Assembly (NCBI GenBank): GCA_963713605.1
Contig: CAVQMO010000010.1
Location: forward strand, 512,001-576,000
Length of the DNA: 64,000 nucleotides
Origin: an uncultured Nitrososphaerales archaeon
GTDB lineage: Archaea > Thermoproteota > Nitrososphaeria > Nitrososphaerales > Nitrososphaeraceae
Direction of reading: 5' to 3'
Positions 10,761-22,875 of this stretch are shown piece after piece; the first letter of the stretch is position 1; each line of letters begins with the position of its first letter. The position numbers and the translations under genes were made by a program. Under the pieces are notes generated by a model. The model was not told the DNA's origin, ran no database searches, and worked only from the letters and a program-made list of their open reading frames with translations.

Positions 10761-12340
10761 ACATGACTTTTAACTTATCGCAGGAGGCAATTAAGAAGTG
10801 GGTGATGAATTCGAAATGAGAAGTCTAATCAGAAATAACTTGATTCGTTGTTTCCAGTTCCTTCTTACAACATGCACATAGGTATACCCAACTACCTGCC
10901 AGTTGAACCTGGTAGCCCCTTCACTATTTCTACAAAATGTCCATGTTACGCTTTTTCTTGCAAAACTGCCCTCCTCAACCGTTTTCATCCATTTTTGTCT
11001 TCCTATCATCATTGAAAACTATCTCTAAATCGAAAAACTGTGTATATACAAAATATATTCACGGGATTAGCCAGGCCAAGGTCGATATCGCAATATGGTA
11101 ACCAGGCTATTGCCTTGCCCTATCCACTGTATGATAGTGTGCGATTGAGGTAAAAGATTAAAAGAGCTTTCCGGAACTTGGTTACCCTTATGCCTCCATA
11201 GAACCGAATAAACCTTGTCAGCAACTCACTACCCTAAGGTGTCAAGTCAAGAGAAATTTTGACATGTTCATTGAGACATAGTCGAGCTATTGGTTAAGCT
11301 ATAACGTTATCTAGAAGAATAACAACCTATATTTGTCGTATGTGAAAAAATTTATAGTGCCGACCGAACCTCTAGTTCAACTTGCAGACCGGCCAATCAT
11401 ATCATCTAGCAGTGATATTGATACATCTGGCCTGGAACCATTGGAGATACAGTTGATTGCTAAATTGATGAAGTTGTATATATACATTGAATTTTTATCT
11501 TTAGAAATCCATATTTATGCATTTAACTTTGCCAATTGAGAATGTTATCTAATATCATGTCTCGATTCATACCGCAACTATCATGTCACGATAAAACTAG
11601 TATGTCGTGAAAGTGTTACTATGGAACAGTGATGTCAACTCCAACTACCAAAACTAGCTTGATGGTTTTAGACACTCTGTGAGTGATCATCACGAATGCA
11701 GAAGCCATAGCTTTTACTGTATTGGTATTTCACCGTACTTTACCAACTGTCCCGTTCTGCTGGAACTGAGCTCCTATAGGTCGGGAATCAAATCAATTTT
11801 GTTTCTGCTATAGGAAGACCCGTTGATGATCGTTGGGTTTTCCATGAAATAATATTATTCAATAATACGCAAAGCGAATCATTGTCTTTACTAAATAATA
11901 GTATCGGTTTATCCAAGGATACTGTTGGCAATGAGCCAGATTATATCTGACTATAATCTAACTAATTTGGTAAGTCTTCTCAGATGAATTCTATGTTACG
12001 AGATCCTGAAAGTCATCACTTCACTTTTTTTTAATTATAATCCATATTTTATTTATGTTCAGGCTGCTTTATCCAAGATTTGGGTTTTTGCAGACTTGGA
12101 TTATAATGACATTTTACACAGTTTATCTGCATATTAAAACACTGCTTAAACTTTCAGATTCTGAACATTCATGGTGCCATAAACATTTCACTAATTGTTA
12201 AGTATTGTCCTTACATCTACCAAAGGACTACAGATCCTGTGATAATAGAAATGATTCGATAATACAACGAGTAAAACTCTAATTCGCTAAGGCGTCCCGG
12301 ACTTTTGATGATAGGTTAGAAGAAGACACGAACTATGACG

Positions 12341-12439
12341 ACGACCGTCGAGAATGGCGAAGGTGCTTTCGACAAGGAAGCAACTAGTCATGATGACTTA
12401 TTTGATGCATTCCGTTTATCTCTGCAGTTCTGGCATTAG
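12341..12439 (+). pseudogene. terminase-like 3' tail, sub-family A
   Basis: TTVENGEGAFDKEATSHDDLFDAFRLSLQFWH*. Confidence 0.85.
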
Positions 12440-12579
12440 CCTTCGGTCAGCAGACGCCAAGCGTGATACTCTACTACTGCTTCTCGATTGCTGTTTTTGT
12501 CGTTGTCGCTCTGCTTTATGAACTCTGCAAAGTTTGTACAATCCATTATACTGTTACAGTAAATGCAAATCCATCTCAT
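12436..12579 (-). CDS. 47-aa CxxC micro-protein, copy 1
   Basis: MRWICIYCNSIMDCTNFAEFIKQSDNDKNSNREAVVEYHAWRLLTEG*. TATA box (TATATAAA) upstream; paralogue at 37641-37766. Confidence 0.7.
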   Translation of the reverse strand: MRWICIYCNSIMDCTNFAEFIKQSDNDKNSNREAVVEYHAWRLLTEG

Positions 12580-12696
12580 CTTATCTCACTGTAAAGTACT
12601 CATAACGCAGACATTGTTTATATAACATTCTTATATAGTTCTGAAACAATGAGATGACGACGGTGGTTCTGCATTCTTCACTCTCTTTTTGTCCTT

Positions 12697-12935
12697 TCAC
12701 AGATCATTGTATTCTCTCGACCCACCGAGATGCCACTCAGGTGGTTCAAAAGGATCTGCATAGTAATGCGTTTCATGTGCGATCTTACCATTTCTGAACT
12801 CCATGATACCTACCGCATTAATTGGACGCCTATCATTATAGGTGATAGCTAATTCAGTTATCCAGAGATTTTCTTCTCTACGAACTCGCAGGGTTTTAAA
12901 AGTGACTTTAGCGGGGTAATGTGACCTGAGTTCGT
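12697..12935 (-). pseudogene. SnoaL/NTF2-like C-terminal fragment
   Basis: LWITELAITYND..GIMEFRNGKIAHETHYYADPFEPPEW. The N-terminus is missing. Confidence 0.7.
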
Positions 12936-12984
12936 ATCTGTCGTGCTTACCGTTCGCCGGACTGTACATTATGGCAGCTATTTG

Positions 12985-13105
12985 TTTTGTTCTATCATAG
13001 CTTCCGTAATGAACAAGATTGCTCAACTCTATTCTTTCAAATCTTTCTGGCTTTTCTGCTAGATATCCTAATGCAATTATGCCTATGGGCTTAATTGTTG
13101 ATGCT
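12985..13105 (-). pseudogene. nitroreductase C-terminal fragment
   Basis: IKPIGIIALGYLAEKPERFERIELSNLVHYGSY. Confidence 0.65.
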
Positions 13106-13128
13106 TCTCAAAATAATAAAAGTTTCTT

Positions 13129-13281
13129 CTAGATTGCACCTCTCCTCTCTCCAGACGTAGGAGCAGGAGGAGTAGATTTCCGCTCTTCCGACTTTCTTTT
13201 TGCTCTTGAGCTAAACAATATCCCTGTTAGTACTGCAAAGGCACCCACCACAATTCCATACATGAATACTTGATCTGCCAT
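13129..13281 (-). CDS. 50-aa single-TM micro-protein
   Basis: MADQVFMYGIVVGAFAVLTGILFSSRAKRKSEERKSTPPAPTSGERRGAI*: a TM helix followed by a basic patch. Confidence 0.55.
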   Translation of the reverse strand: MADQVFMYGIVVGAFAVLTGILFSSRAKRKSEERKSTPPAPTSGERRGAI

Positions 13282-13950
13282 AACTACTAATGCAGAGAGT
13301 AAAAGATAAAGTTATACATACAACCACGCAACTAGACGACCCCATATTCACTTGAGGCAGACATATTTACTTATTAGATGCAAAATAAACAGGTTAGCTC
13401 CGATGATGAATTTTGCGTAATTTTATTGGTTATTCTTGAAATAATCTATTTATTAATCTAGCTGTGGAAGTGACTGGATTCCCGAAGTCAAGCAATGACA
13501 TCCATAATCAGTTACGGAGGCAGGCAGCAGAAAAACTAACTACTATTCGATTTAAAATATTATAATTAATCACTACAGTATGAAGAATTTCTGAAATTGA
13601 TATAGTAATATCTCTTTAGATTACCTGCTAAACTACTAATTTCTTTTATATCATTAAATTCATTTCTTCTATGTACTGCTATTCCCAAGGAACGCAATTC
13701 ATTCAACCACTACTCATATTTTCCAGAGCATTCATGCAGGATGACCAATACAGCCCTTATATTTTTCCCGTTATTATTAGGTGCGAATACATGCTTCAAA
13801 AGGTACATCACATCATATTAGGTACGTCTAGTAAACTTGAATACTTACTACACTTTTTATGGTAGATGGCAGGCGTAGGGGGTTCACCTACGGCTTGTTA
13901 ATAAATATAAATAAATACGATTACCACTAATTACTAGTAATGAAGGTGAG

Positions 13951-14222
13951 ATGGTCAAGAAATGTCTTACCAACAACAACAACAACAACAAGCGGAACAA
14001 CAAGTTCCGGTTAAAAGAAGGTACAAGAGAAACTAAGAAAAAAGATGCACAATCGAACAATATTTCAGCTGCTAGAACAATTGCTGAGATTCTGAAATCT
14101 GGCCTAGGACCTAGAGGAATGGACAAGATGCTTGTGAATTCACTTGAGGACGTAACAATTACAAATGATGGTGCAACGATTCTCAAAGAGAATTGATGTG
14201 CAACATCTTGCTGCAAAGATGA
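13951..14222 (+). pseudogene. thermosome (group II chaperonin) N-terminal fragment
   Basis: [35 protein letters not shown], then truncated. Confidence 0.9.
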
Positions 14223-14258
14223 CATGTATCTATTCAAAGGGATTTAAATCTCTGTGAT

Positions 14259-15254
14259 GTGTATTTATCTATAATAAGGTGTATTCGGTTTGTGCTTAAA
14301 AACTGTAACATAAGCGATATTTGTAGAAGAAAGCATTCCCATATTCATATTCTGACTGACCCAACAAATGGAGAAGTTATCTGTATCGATTGTGGAGCAG
14401 TCATTGCTGAAACTGGTCCTGAGTGGAGTGCTTTTGCTTACGTTGAACTCAATTTAAAAGGTAGGGCGGGAATGCCAGTGTCTTTAGCCATACATGATCA
14501 AGGACTTTCTACAGTGATTGGAAGAAATAAAAGAGATTTTTCTGGCAAAATAATTGATGATTCAACTATGCGGTCACTAATCGAGAGAGTAAGGATCTGG
14601 GATTATCGTACGCAAACCAAGGATTCAAAAGGGTGGAGCCGGAAATATGCATTTCGCCAGCTCGATAATTTAAAGGAAAAACTGTCATTACCTTATCCTG
14701 TGGTGGAGAAGGCGGCTTATATTTACAGAAAAGCTCAACGAAATGACATAGTAAGAGGTAGAACTATAACTGGGGCGATGGCAGCGTGTGTATACATTGC
14801 ATGTAGAGAAGCTGGAATACCAAGAACATTTGACGAAGTGGCGAGAACCACTAATATTACACGTAAAGGGGTCTCAAATGCGTATATTGCAATAGTGTTA
14901 GGACTAGAGCTTAAGATACCATTGATAGATCCTATTATGTATTTAGTTAAACTGGCCAATAAGACACATGTTGACGAAAAGATAAAAAGATATGCCTTAG
15001 GCTATTTGAAGCAGATCATAGATAGCAATATATCAGCTGGCAAAGATCCAATGAGTATTGCAGCAACAGTTCTCTACCTTGCATGCTTGAAGTATGGTGA
15101 TGAGAGTAAAACTCAAAGGTACTTCGCTGAAGCAGCTGGCATATCAGATGTCACAATAAGGAATAGACGCCAAGAACTACAAAACAAGATCCCCTCTATG
15201 ACTTCAAAAAATAGTAAATCAAGGCGAGAGACTGATCAGGATCACGAACTCTAG
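14259..15254 (+). CDS. tfb: transcription initiation factor IIB paralogue
   Basis: GEVICIDCGAV Zn-ribbon half, GPEWSAF, HDQGLST, AAYIYRKA..GR, GKDP..AA..LY, SDVTIRNR. The true start may lie downstream. Confidence 0.92.
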   Translation: MYLSIIRCIRFVLKNCNISDICRRKHSHIHILTDPTNGEVICIDCGAVIAETGPEWSAFAYVELNLKGRAGMPVSLAIHDQGLSTVIGRNKRDFSGKIIDDSTMRSLIERVRIWDYRTQTKDSKGWSRKYAFRQLDNLKEKLSLPYPVVEKAAYIYRKAQRNDIVRGRTITGAMAACVYIACREAGIPRTFDEVARTTNITRKGVSNAYIAIVLGLELKIPLIDPIMYLVKLANKTHVDEKIKRYALGYLKQIIDSNISAGKDPMSIAATVLYLACLKYGDESKTQRYFAEAAGISDVTIRNRRQELQNKIPSMTSKNSKSRRETDQDHEL

Positions 15255-15897
15255 ATCATCATATTCATATTACATACTACCTCATGTATAGATAATTTAG
15301 ATCTGCAAGTACTCTTGTCCTATATGTGCACAGGTTTTTAATTATTGGAGCATCATGTGTTAGTATAATTCTTCTTATTTTTTCCCATTTAATTTAATAT
15401 TTACAATATTTCATTTAATGATGATCTATGATTTATTTTTTTTATCACAGCAGATGCTACTGCCGTGGAATAGTGAGAAGCTGTGTTATTAATGCGGCCA
15501 AGATAATCGAGTTCTTACATGAAGAAAGGATAAGAAGAGTTCACTCCTAACTTGAGTTGCAGGTATCTGAGTATGCCTTATTCATAACTTAGGCTTTGAC
15601 ATGAAAGATTGGTTATAAGCCCTTTGGCTTGGGATTTGAGGCACTGATTGGTTAACTAATATAACCTCAGCTCGTCCAAGGCAATCTTGTCTTTTATTCT
15701 CATGAAGTAATCTGCTATGTGGTCAGCATCCTGGCCAGCAGAAATTTCTCAAATATTCAGTGCTCTTAAGCGTGTAGCTTGCTGTAATATCTTCACGAAA
15801 GTATCTCTGTCTGTTAGAGCATGAAGTAGATCGTGATTATCTCTTATCTGGATCTTTGGATTTTCCTTTCTCATGATCTGCAGGTATACTCAAAACC

Positions 15898-16200
15898 TCA
15901 AAGACCTGTTACAAACTCCTTATTCCACACAGATTCCAGGTACTGCAACTTTCTTGAACAGATGAGGAGATGCCACTGTACTGGCATCTTGAAATGTTCG
16001 ACAGATTCCCAAACTACGTAGTTAATGAAGGTACCGCTTCCACCTATACCTTTGTGTAGTTGTGTCGAGATGAATCCTGGCTGCTCCTTAAATTTCCCAG
16101 CTTCAGTTGCCCATCCTTTTAGAAACTGATCGAATTCCTCAGGGTCTATACTGAATTTGTTCATCAATATAACTGGACCAACATCTTCTTCCATCTGCGT
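15898..16200 (-). pseudogene. antibiotic biosynthesis monooxygenase (ABM) family, 5'-truncated and frameshifted
   Basis: PVILMNKF..QPGFISTQLHKGIGGSGTFINYVVWES. Confidence 0.75.
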
Positions 16201-16414
16201 ATGAAGTAGAGAAATCAGAAGTCCAAGAATAAATCAAGCCAATACGAAAGAAGATGAAAGCGTGACAGAGATCCATATGCTAACTAATTATGCAAACCAC
16301 AAATAATGTGTTTATGCTGGATGCTTTCTCCTCTAATTCTCATACACTATATGATGTTAATTGTTGTTATATATTGGCAAAATGGATTAGATGTATATGT
16401 TAGTTGAATGAAGG

Positions 16415-16825
16415 CTAACCTGTAACTTTTCTTAGTTCCTCAAGTAGCATTATTAGCTCGTCTTCATTTCCAACTACATGATCTGAAAAGTTCACCGGCC
16501 ATGGAGTGGGAACAGGGTCATTTGCCAGTAGAATCACTTTCTTATTTGAGTTCTTTGCTATATACATTTCAATCCCAGTACCATAACTTGGTCTATCTGC
16601 TACTACAACAATAACGTCTGCCTTTTCCATGAACTGTAAATCATGGCTCACGATCTGTTGTGATAGCTCTTTCTTATCCCTGAAATCTCGAATATCTGAA
16701 TAATCCATTCCTTTATGTACTAGGTGATCAACTATATCAATTCCTTTTTGATGAAGAGCAGCATACATTCGTCTTATTTTATCAACACCGCCATAACCTA
16801 TCGATCCACATACCATTACTCTCAA
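16415..16825 (-). CDS. nucleoside 2-deoxyribosyltransferase-like protein
   Basis: VCGS..DLQFMEKADVIVV..PSYGTGIEMYIA. Confidence 0.8.
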   Translation of the reverse strand: MRVMVCGSIGYGGVDKIRRMYAALHQKGIDIVDHLVHKGMDYSDIRDFRDKKELSQQIVSHDLQFMEKADVIVVVADRPSYGTGIEMYIAKNSNKKVILLANDPVPTPWPVNFSDHVVGNEDELIMLLEELRKVTG

Positions 16826-17326
16826 ATGATCTCATTTTATAGCTAATGTTATAATGTATATTTCGGTCTGTATGTCCACGACCTATCTATTTAGCTATGA
16901 CATACATCGAATATGCTTAAGCATTGTTCACAAAAGTATTTTTCACGTGAAGTACGAATAACTTTGACATCTCTATTCGTTCGGAAGCAGCTGTTACATC
17001 TTAGGATGAAATCATTAGTATCAGGATCCCATTCTTCCATAGATGATTTCTAATCTTTGAAGGTATTTAATAGTGTGTTGTAAGCCGTAGGTATGCGAAA
17101 AGTAATGTCTGCAGTATTTGATACGGCCAATGGATATTCTAATATTATTTATTACGCTTGATACAATCTAACTTCTGTTCTAAGACCCCTTTGAGAACAT
17201 AGGGCAATAAAGCACCACTTAAAAGTGGATTCTCTCAAGAAGTATGACAAAAATAATTAGTGTGATAGGAATCAATAAAAGCGTAGATAACTGAATGTAA
17301 ATAGATACAATAACTGCAATCATTTT

Positions 17327-17632
17327 ATGTCTGGACCTGTACTACACGACAAAATACAAATAAAAGAAAGAAGAGAGAGTGTTTTGGTTCTTCTTACTAA
17401 GGGGATGAAAGGCTATGAAATAGCCAAAGAATTAGACGTTGATGCATCGACTGTGAGTAGAGATATCCAATATTTAACCTCCCAATCACATAACTAACTA
17501 AATTCATTGGCTAGGGAAGCCCTTCCATTTATTTATCAAACCTCAATAGAGGGAATAAGAAATATACTCAAAGAATGTTGGAAAATTTATGGTGCTGAGA
17601 GTAACAATAATGATTCTAAGAACAAATATTAG
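17327..17632 (+). pseudogene. HTH protein (possible small-terminase-like), internal stop at 17495 and 3'-truncated
   Basis: MSGPVLHDKIQIKERRESVLVLLTKGMKGYEIAKELDVDASTVSRDIQYL..*LNSLAREALPFIYQTSIEGIRNILKECWKIY. The HTH signature EIAKEL..STVSRD is clear. Confidence 0.7.
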
Positions 17633-17973
17633 CATTTTGCGAGATTGAATTTCAAGTAAAGAGATTGTTTAGATTTAGATTCATATCCTTTCTAAAATTA
17701 AAGTGACACCTGAACAAGACCATGACCTACACCCTTTGGATCACTTATTACCACCACTACTAATCAACCATAACATAATAGATATTGCCAACATAACCAA
17801 AGCAAAACCAAATGTAATCTTAACTACTATATTGTCCAGACCTAATATCTCTCTAAAGTCGATCATACTTTTAACTATCTTTAGCAGTAACCTCTGTTAA
17901 CGCCCTTAACGCATATTTCAGTATTATTCTTGTTAATGAGGTAGAATAAATTTGTGACCTAAGCTATTACTTG

Positions 17974-18147
17974 TTAACCTCCTTCTATCCACCCTTTAGT
18001 ATCCAAGAATTTTACATTAACTGTCACCGATACGTCTATCATATCTTCGAATTTGTTTTGTTCATTGTCTGGAATTTCAATGACGATTTTATCATGTTGT
18101 TTATTAACGCGGCTTAGAAATTCAACTTCCCTAAATATGTCTATCAT
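17974..18147 (-). CDS. 57-aa protein, possibly AbrB/swapped-hairpin-like
   Basis: MIDIFREVEFLSRVNKQHDKIVIEIPDNEQNKFEDMIDVSVTVNVKFL..., with AGGAGG directly upstream. Confidence 0.5.
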   Translation of the reverse strand: MIDIFREVEFLSRVNKQHDKIVIEIPDNEQNKFEDMIDVSVTVNVKFLDTKGWIEGG

Positions 18148-18576
18148 GACCTCCTATCCCCACTTAACGCATTAAACCTATAAAATTTTCAATAGGTATG
18201 ATGCTATGTCCATCTTTTTTTAATAAATTGTTAGCTTATCTTATCCGCATTAATGCTAATTTGAGAACTTATTGTATAGGATGATATCATTGGTACTGTT
18301 GCGGGCATATTAGTATGATGATCATTCATATCTCAGCTAATGAAGGTTTGAATGATGCTCTTTTAGGTGTGATAATAGTATGCAAATAGCAGGTTAAAAA
18401 TTCAAATCTATTACCATAATATTGAATGAGAAAAGGTGGGCTGGGCGGCTTAATCTGTTTGGGAGAGTGCACCGAGAAGTCCTACCATCATGCCTACGTT
18501 GATGCAGTCAAGAATTTCTTTCCGTGTGGCGGTACTTAATATTGCGGAATACTAAGAACAATCCATTTGTCTACGT

Positions 18577-18792
18577 TTATGTTAGTTCAAGTTTCAATAC
18601 TTCTACTGCGGGAACATTCAGGAGAACTTCGCTTCCATTAAATCCTTCTACAAATGACTTAGGTATCTTAAAGACATGCCTTCCCGTCATTAAAAAAAGT
18701 GAATCCTTATCGATTGCAATAATATTTCCCCTGTCATCATTGTCACTGGAACGCACTCCTTTTAATACCAGTCTATCCCAATTTTGGATCAT
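18577..18792 (-). CDS. PRC-barrel-like small protein
   Basis: KGVRSSD..GNIIAI..FKIPKSFVEGFNGSEVLL. Confidence 0.65.
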   Translation of the reverse strand: MIQNWDRLVLKGVRSSDNDDRGNIIAIDKDSLFLMTGRHVFKIPKSFVEGFNGSEVLLNVPAVEVLKLELT

Positions 18793-18853
18793 TTCTGGTA
18801 TATTACTTATCCATAACTAATTATATAAAATGATCTAAAATCAGAAATCTTCA

Positions 18854-19207
18854 TCATGTAAGCATGGGCAGAATGTCTCTTATTATCTTGTTGTGATCTG
18901 CATCTACCTCGGTTGTAACCAAGAGCAAATGGTTTTCTTCTAACGGAAATGTTATCCTTTTGATTTTCTCATATTCTGACATCGCATATTTTCCTTTACC
19001 GACTTTAGATGCGAGGGAGTTCCTTAAAGCCCATCTGGCTAGGGCTTGCAAATTTGATCTTTTAGTTTCCTCGGGAGATAGGAGATTTGTTATTCCTTCA
19101 CGCTGACCACCATATTTTATCGCACCGGAATCATCACACACACCAGCGAATCTTATCTTGGATTCCAGACCAAGGATGTTTTTGCATAGTCTATCAAAAT
19201 CCATAGT
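18854..19207 (-). CDS. roadblock/profilin-like thaumarchaeal protein (DUF6659-like)
   Basis: KIRFAGV..GGQREGI..LL..GKGKYAMSEYEKIKRITFP. Confidence 0.75.
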   Translation of the reverse strand, partial: TMDFDRLCKNILGLESKIRFAGVCDDSGAIKYGGQREGITNLLSPEETKRSNLQALARWALRNSLASKVGKGKYAMSEYEKIKRITFPLEENHLLLVTTEVDADHNKIIRDILPMLT

Positions 19208-19655
19208 CATAAGGTAATAAATGAACAAATCTAATAAATATTCTGTTAAATAAATTGGGTAGTATTCTGGGCGAACTGAATTTAATGGAGACTTGTGATT
19301 GTAAGCATCGAAAGTGAAAAGACCCTGTTGATAAGTAGGCCTAGTATGTTGGCAATCGATAAGTAAAATATGACTCCTTCATCACTCTTTACCAGCACCC
19401 TCTAGCACTACCATTTGCCCCCCTCCATAATTACATGATACCAAGCCCCCCGAACCAGGAGAAAACATTTCTGCGGAGGAGGACAAAAACAGTCCACCAG
19501 GTAATTGACCTACTTCAGAAGAAGAATAAGAATTCTTTACATACGTTTGGTCTTCTAACATTACCAAGGATCAAAGCGTAATGAACTCGTATCTGCTTTC
19601 TGTGTATTGCAATTGAAATCGTTATTAATTACACTTACTAATACTCTTTTACAAA

Positions 19656-20288
19656 ATGTCAGCCAGGTTCAACGAGAACGATAGTGGTAGCGGTGCATCA
19701 GCGAATGTTATTGCAATTGCAGGATTAAATCTTGCTTTATCATATGAAAATGCAGCTGTTGATAGACTGGAAAAGAGGTTATCCGAAGGTATAGTGCCAG
19801 AAGTTAAGGATAGGTTGAGACATCATCTTGAGCAGACTAAAGAGCAACAAGAAAGGATAAGAGAAAGGATCAAAGCGTTGGGAGGAAGAGAGCTAGGAAT
19901 GGAGCCTACATATGAAAAAGGTAAATTACCTATACCAGAACCTCCGAAACAACTAAAGATGATGATTGAAAGCACCGGTTCAGAGAAAGAAAGAGAAGTT
20001 TGGGAATCGCTAAATGATTTGATTATAGAAAGAGCAGAAGCTATTATGTATAAAGGAGGAATTCAAGCACTAGAGCTCCTTAAAGCAGATAAAAAAACTG
20101 TTAAGGCCTTAGAGAAGAATTTGAAAGAGGAAGAATCATTTGGAAATTGGTTAGAGAAGAATAACCCAAGGATAGCTAAAAGATTAATGACAATGCAGAT
20201 TGAGGAAAAGAAAAAGTATGGAAAGAAGAAGAAAGTAATAAAGGATGAGAAAGAGGCCGTATCAGCAACAGTAACAGCATCTACATAG
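19656..20288 (+). CDS. ferritin-like DUF892/YciE family protein
   Basis: ALSYENAA..HHLEQTKEQ..L..NLKEEE. Confidence 0.75.
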   Translation: MSARFNENDSGSGASANVIAIAGLNLALSYENAAVDRLEKRLSEGIVPEVKDRLRHHLEQTKEQQERIRERIKALGGRELGMEPTYEKGKLPIPEPPKQLKMMIESTGSEKEREVWESLNDLIIERAEAIMYKGGIQALELLKADKKTVKALEKNLKEEESFGNWLEKNNPRIAKRLMTMQIEEKKKYGKKKKVIKDEKEAVSATVTAST

Positions 20289-20904
20289 GAGATCAACTCT
20301 TTCGTTCTATTGAGAGACTTCTTCAGTCATTCAATAGCTGAGTACGGTTTCATCCTTAAAGATAATTTCTAATTCTCGTTCTGATTGGAGATAAAATACA
20401 ATTGGCAGATGGAACCTCCAAAGAACATTATACTCTTATTATAACAGTTCTTATGATATTTTCATAACCTCATAGCGACGAAGAAGGGCACCTTTGAAAA
20501 TGGGATATGACAAGTATAATTCTAACTGGAGCGCCTGGTGTAGTGAGCAGATGGATGTTGCTCAGAAACTAAAGGATAGTGATGGATGCTAATATCGGGT
20601 TAACTGCAGTAAAGTGAGTGTGTGTTTACAGTGTACATTTCTATATACAACTAAAACAAAAGAACCAGTCAGGTTCAAATGAAGTCAAATTACAATATCA
20701 AGATGGGCTAATTGAAAATGATAGATTCCGTATCTGTGTAAAATCACTTAATTTTGACAAATCATCATGTGATAGTACAGGCGAAGAAAAAAGGACAGAA
20801 CATGTATTCATAAACCTATTCTGAGAAATTCGCCAAATATTCAAGAACAAGAAGGTGAAAGCCAGTCACAAAGTCAAAGCCCACTCTCAGAACAAAGCCC
20901 AGAC

Positions 20905-21115
20905 CACAACCATCATATACCTACCGTTTGGCCCAACGGTCATGGAATACCCATATACAAATGGGTCATATTCTCGCACTTTTGTTCCTTCTGGCGTTTC
21001 ATATTCCCTAACTAAATCTTTAGGAGTGTTTGATTTAAATTGCTTAAATCCTTCTTCGAACTCCCTTTCCATACGATTTCGCATCTCATCAAAGCTCTTA
21101 AATACATTGTCAAAA
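20905..21115 (-). pseudogene. archaeal Hsp20 N-terminal fragment
   Basis: PKDLVREYETPEGTKVREYDPFVYGYSMTVGPNG. The alpha-crystallin domain is absent. Confidence 0.8.
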
Positions 21116-21625
21116 GTCTTTACTGCTAGAGACTTTATAATCAATAGTACAACTCCTTGTAATCCTTCTGTGTATTGAATACAATGCAAGAATTAAGATC
21201 GCTATTGATACTACTCTCAATGGAACTTGATATATTGCAAGAAAATTAGAAGCAATGACACCTATTGTGCCAAATGTGGATATCAGAAGAAAGCCTATCG
21301 ACGAACAACTGCTACATACTCCAGATATGACGCCTAACGCAGATCCTGAAAACAAAGACGCTCTACTAATTCTTATCCTTGAATGTTTGATGACATACAC
21401 ATTCATACTAACCAGTATTCCTAATAGAATAGAAACTATGATAGTCAGGATAAACCCTACAATCGCATCTTCAGGAAGGTAAAAGATCCATATAGGTTCG
21501 AAGAATAGTAATTGATCAAACATATTAAACAGAATCCAGAGGGGGATAGCTACGACAGCAGTTAGAGCTATATAGGATGGGATTGAAAAAACATGCCTAA
21601 CTGATAATGGAAGTAATGATATCAT
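21110..21625 (-). CDS. 4-TM membrane protein with CxxC
   Basis: Hydrophobic helices and CSSC motif. Lies directly downstream of the DsbA-like gene. Confidence 0.75.
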   Translation of the reverse strand: MISLLPLSVRHVFSIPSYIALTAVVAIPLWILFNMFDQLLFFEPIWIFYLPEDAIVGFILTIIVSILLGILVSMNVYVIKHSRIRISRASLFSGSALGVISGVCSSCSSIGFLLISTFGTIGVIASNFLAIYQVPLRVVSIAILILALYSIHRRITRSCTIDYKVSSSKDF

Positions 21626-21656
21626 TCGTCTTTCTTACAATCCTCTCTTTTACCTT

Positions 21657-22400
21657 CTATTGTCCGGAGTCATCTAACTTTTTGTCTATCACTGATTGAA
21701 ATGCAGGAAAAGGTTGTGCTCCTCTTATCACCTCTGGATCTGAACCGTCGATGCTCTGTACTATGATAAAATTAGGTGTATCAAAAAATCCTTTTGAATT
21801 CGCAAGTTCCACATCTTTATCGATAAATTCCTTATATTTTTGAGTATCAAAACAAGAGTTGAACTGCTCTATATTCAATCCTGGTATTTGAGACGCGAAC
21901 TTCCTCAGGTTCTCTTCATTAACCCATCCTGTATCAATCCCTTGTTGATTTTCATATAACAAATTGTGAAACTGCCAGAACTTTCCTTGATCGTTTGTAC
22001 ATTGAGCAGCTAGATGAGCACCCATGGAATCGAATCCTCTGTTTGGTAAGTGTTTAAATACTAAAGCTACCCGTCCTGTCTGAATATATGTTTCATTTAT
22101 TAGGGGTTCAGTATTTTTTACAAATCTTGCACACAAATGACATTGAAAGTCACTAAAATCAATTATAGTAATAGGAGATGAAGGATCCCCAAGATATGGC
22201 GAACCTTGTTGAATTAATTGTGAAAGAGAGTATTTAGTAGTAGATGGTATTGCAGTCACAAAGGCTGAATCAAAAAACGAATTATGGGAGATCGGTGTAG
22301 AGATGATGACAATCATGATGGGTAACAACAAGATTATCATAATCTTGGAGTTCATAATTTTTTTATTCAATAGTAATACTATTCTTTTTATTATAGACAA
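21657..22400 (-). CDS. DsbA-family thioredoxin-fold protein
   Basis: FSDFQCHLC, QGKFWQFH, TP, GAQPF; N-terminal TM anchor. Confidence 0.92.
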   Translation of the reverse strand: MSIIKRIVLLLNKKIMNSKIMIILLLPIMIVIISTPISHNSFFDSAFVTAIPSTTKYSLSQLIQQGSPYLGDPSSPITIIDFSDFQCHLCARFVKNTEPLINETYIQTGRVALVFKHLPNRGFDSMGAHLAAQCTNDQGKFWQFHNLLYENQQGIDTGWVNEENLRKFASQIPGLNIEQFNSCFDTQKYKEFIDKDVELANSKGFFDTPNFIIVQSIDGSDPEVIRGAQPFPAFQSVIDKKLDDSGQ

Positions 22401-22875
22401 TGTATAAAGTCATTTTGTCCTATATCTAATAGTTCGAAGTTAAATTCAATGGTGTACGCCCAACTATGTACACAGATAGTATGTCCAACTATGTACACGC
22501 AGCAATTGCTACCCTGCGTTAGCAATTGGCCAGGTGTACAGCTTACTGTGGTCTCTACTTCTCCTTCTTCTGGATCAGGCATTTCAACTGGACAGTCAAA
22601 TGGTGGAGATTTTCAGGTGAATCGTCTGTTGCTAATGGTGTAAATTCTTGCGCTCTCCTCCGGTTAATATTCCGGTCCATGTGAGCTCATCATCTCGCAT
22701 TCATAATATTTATTGTGACTAGTAGCTAATGTTTTTAAAACAAGAGCTTCAGTATCAATTCATTGTCTGTAGTTTTACTACCATCTTGATATACGTTTAA
22801 TCCGATTTAGGATAAGCAAATTTATGCAAAAACATATCAGAAAATCTTAAATTTTACAAAGTGTGTATGATATAC

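Noticed and set aside
12697..13026. 109-aa ORF as one gene
   Set aside because: It is a chimera of a nitroreductase tail and a SnoaL-like tail.
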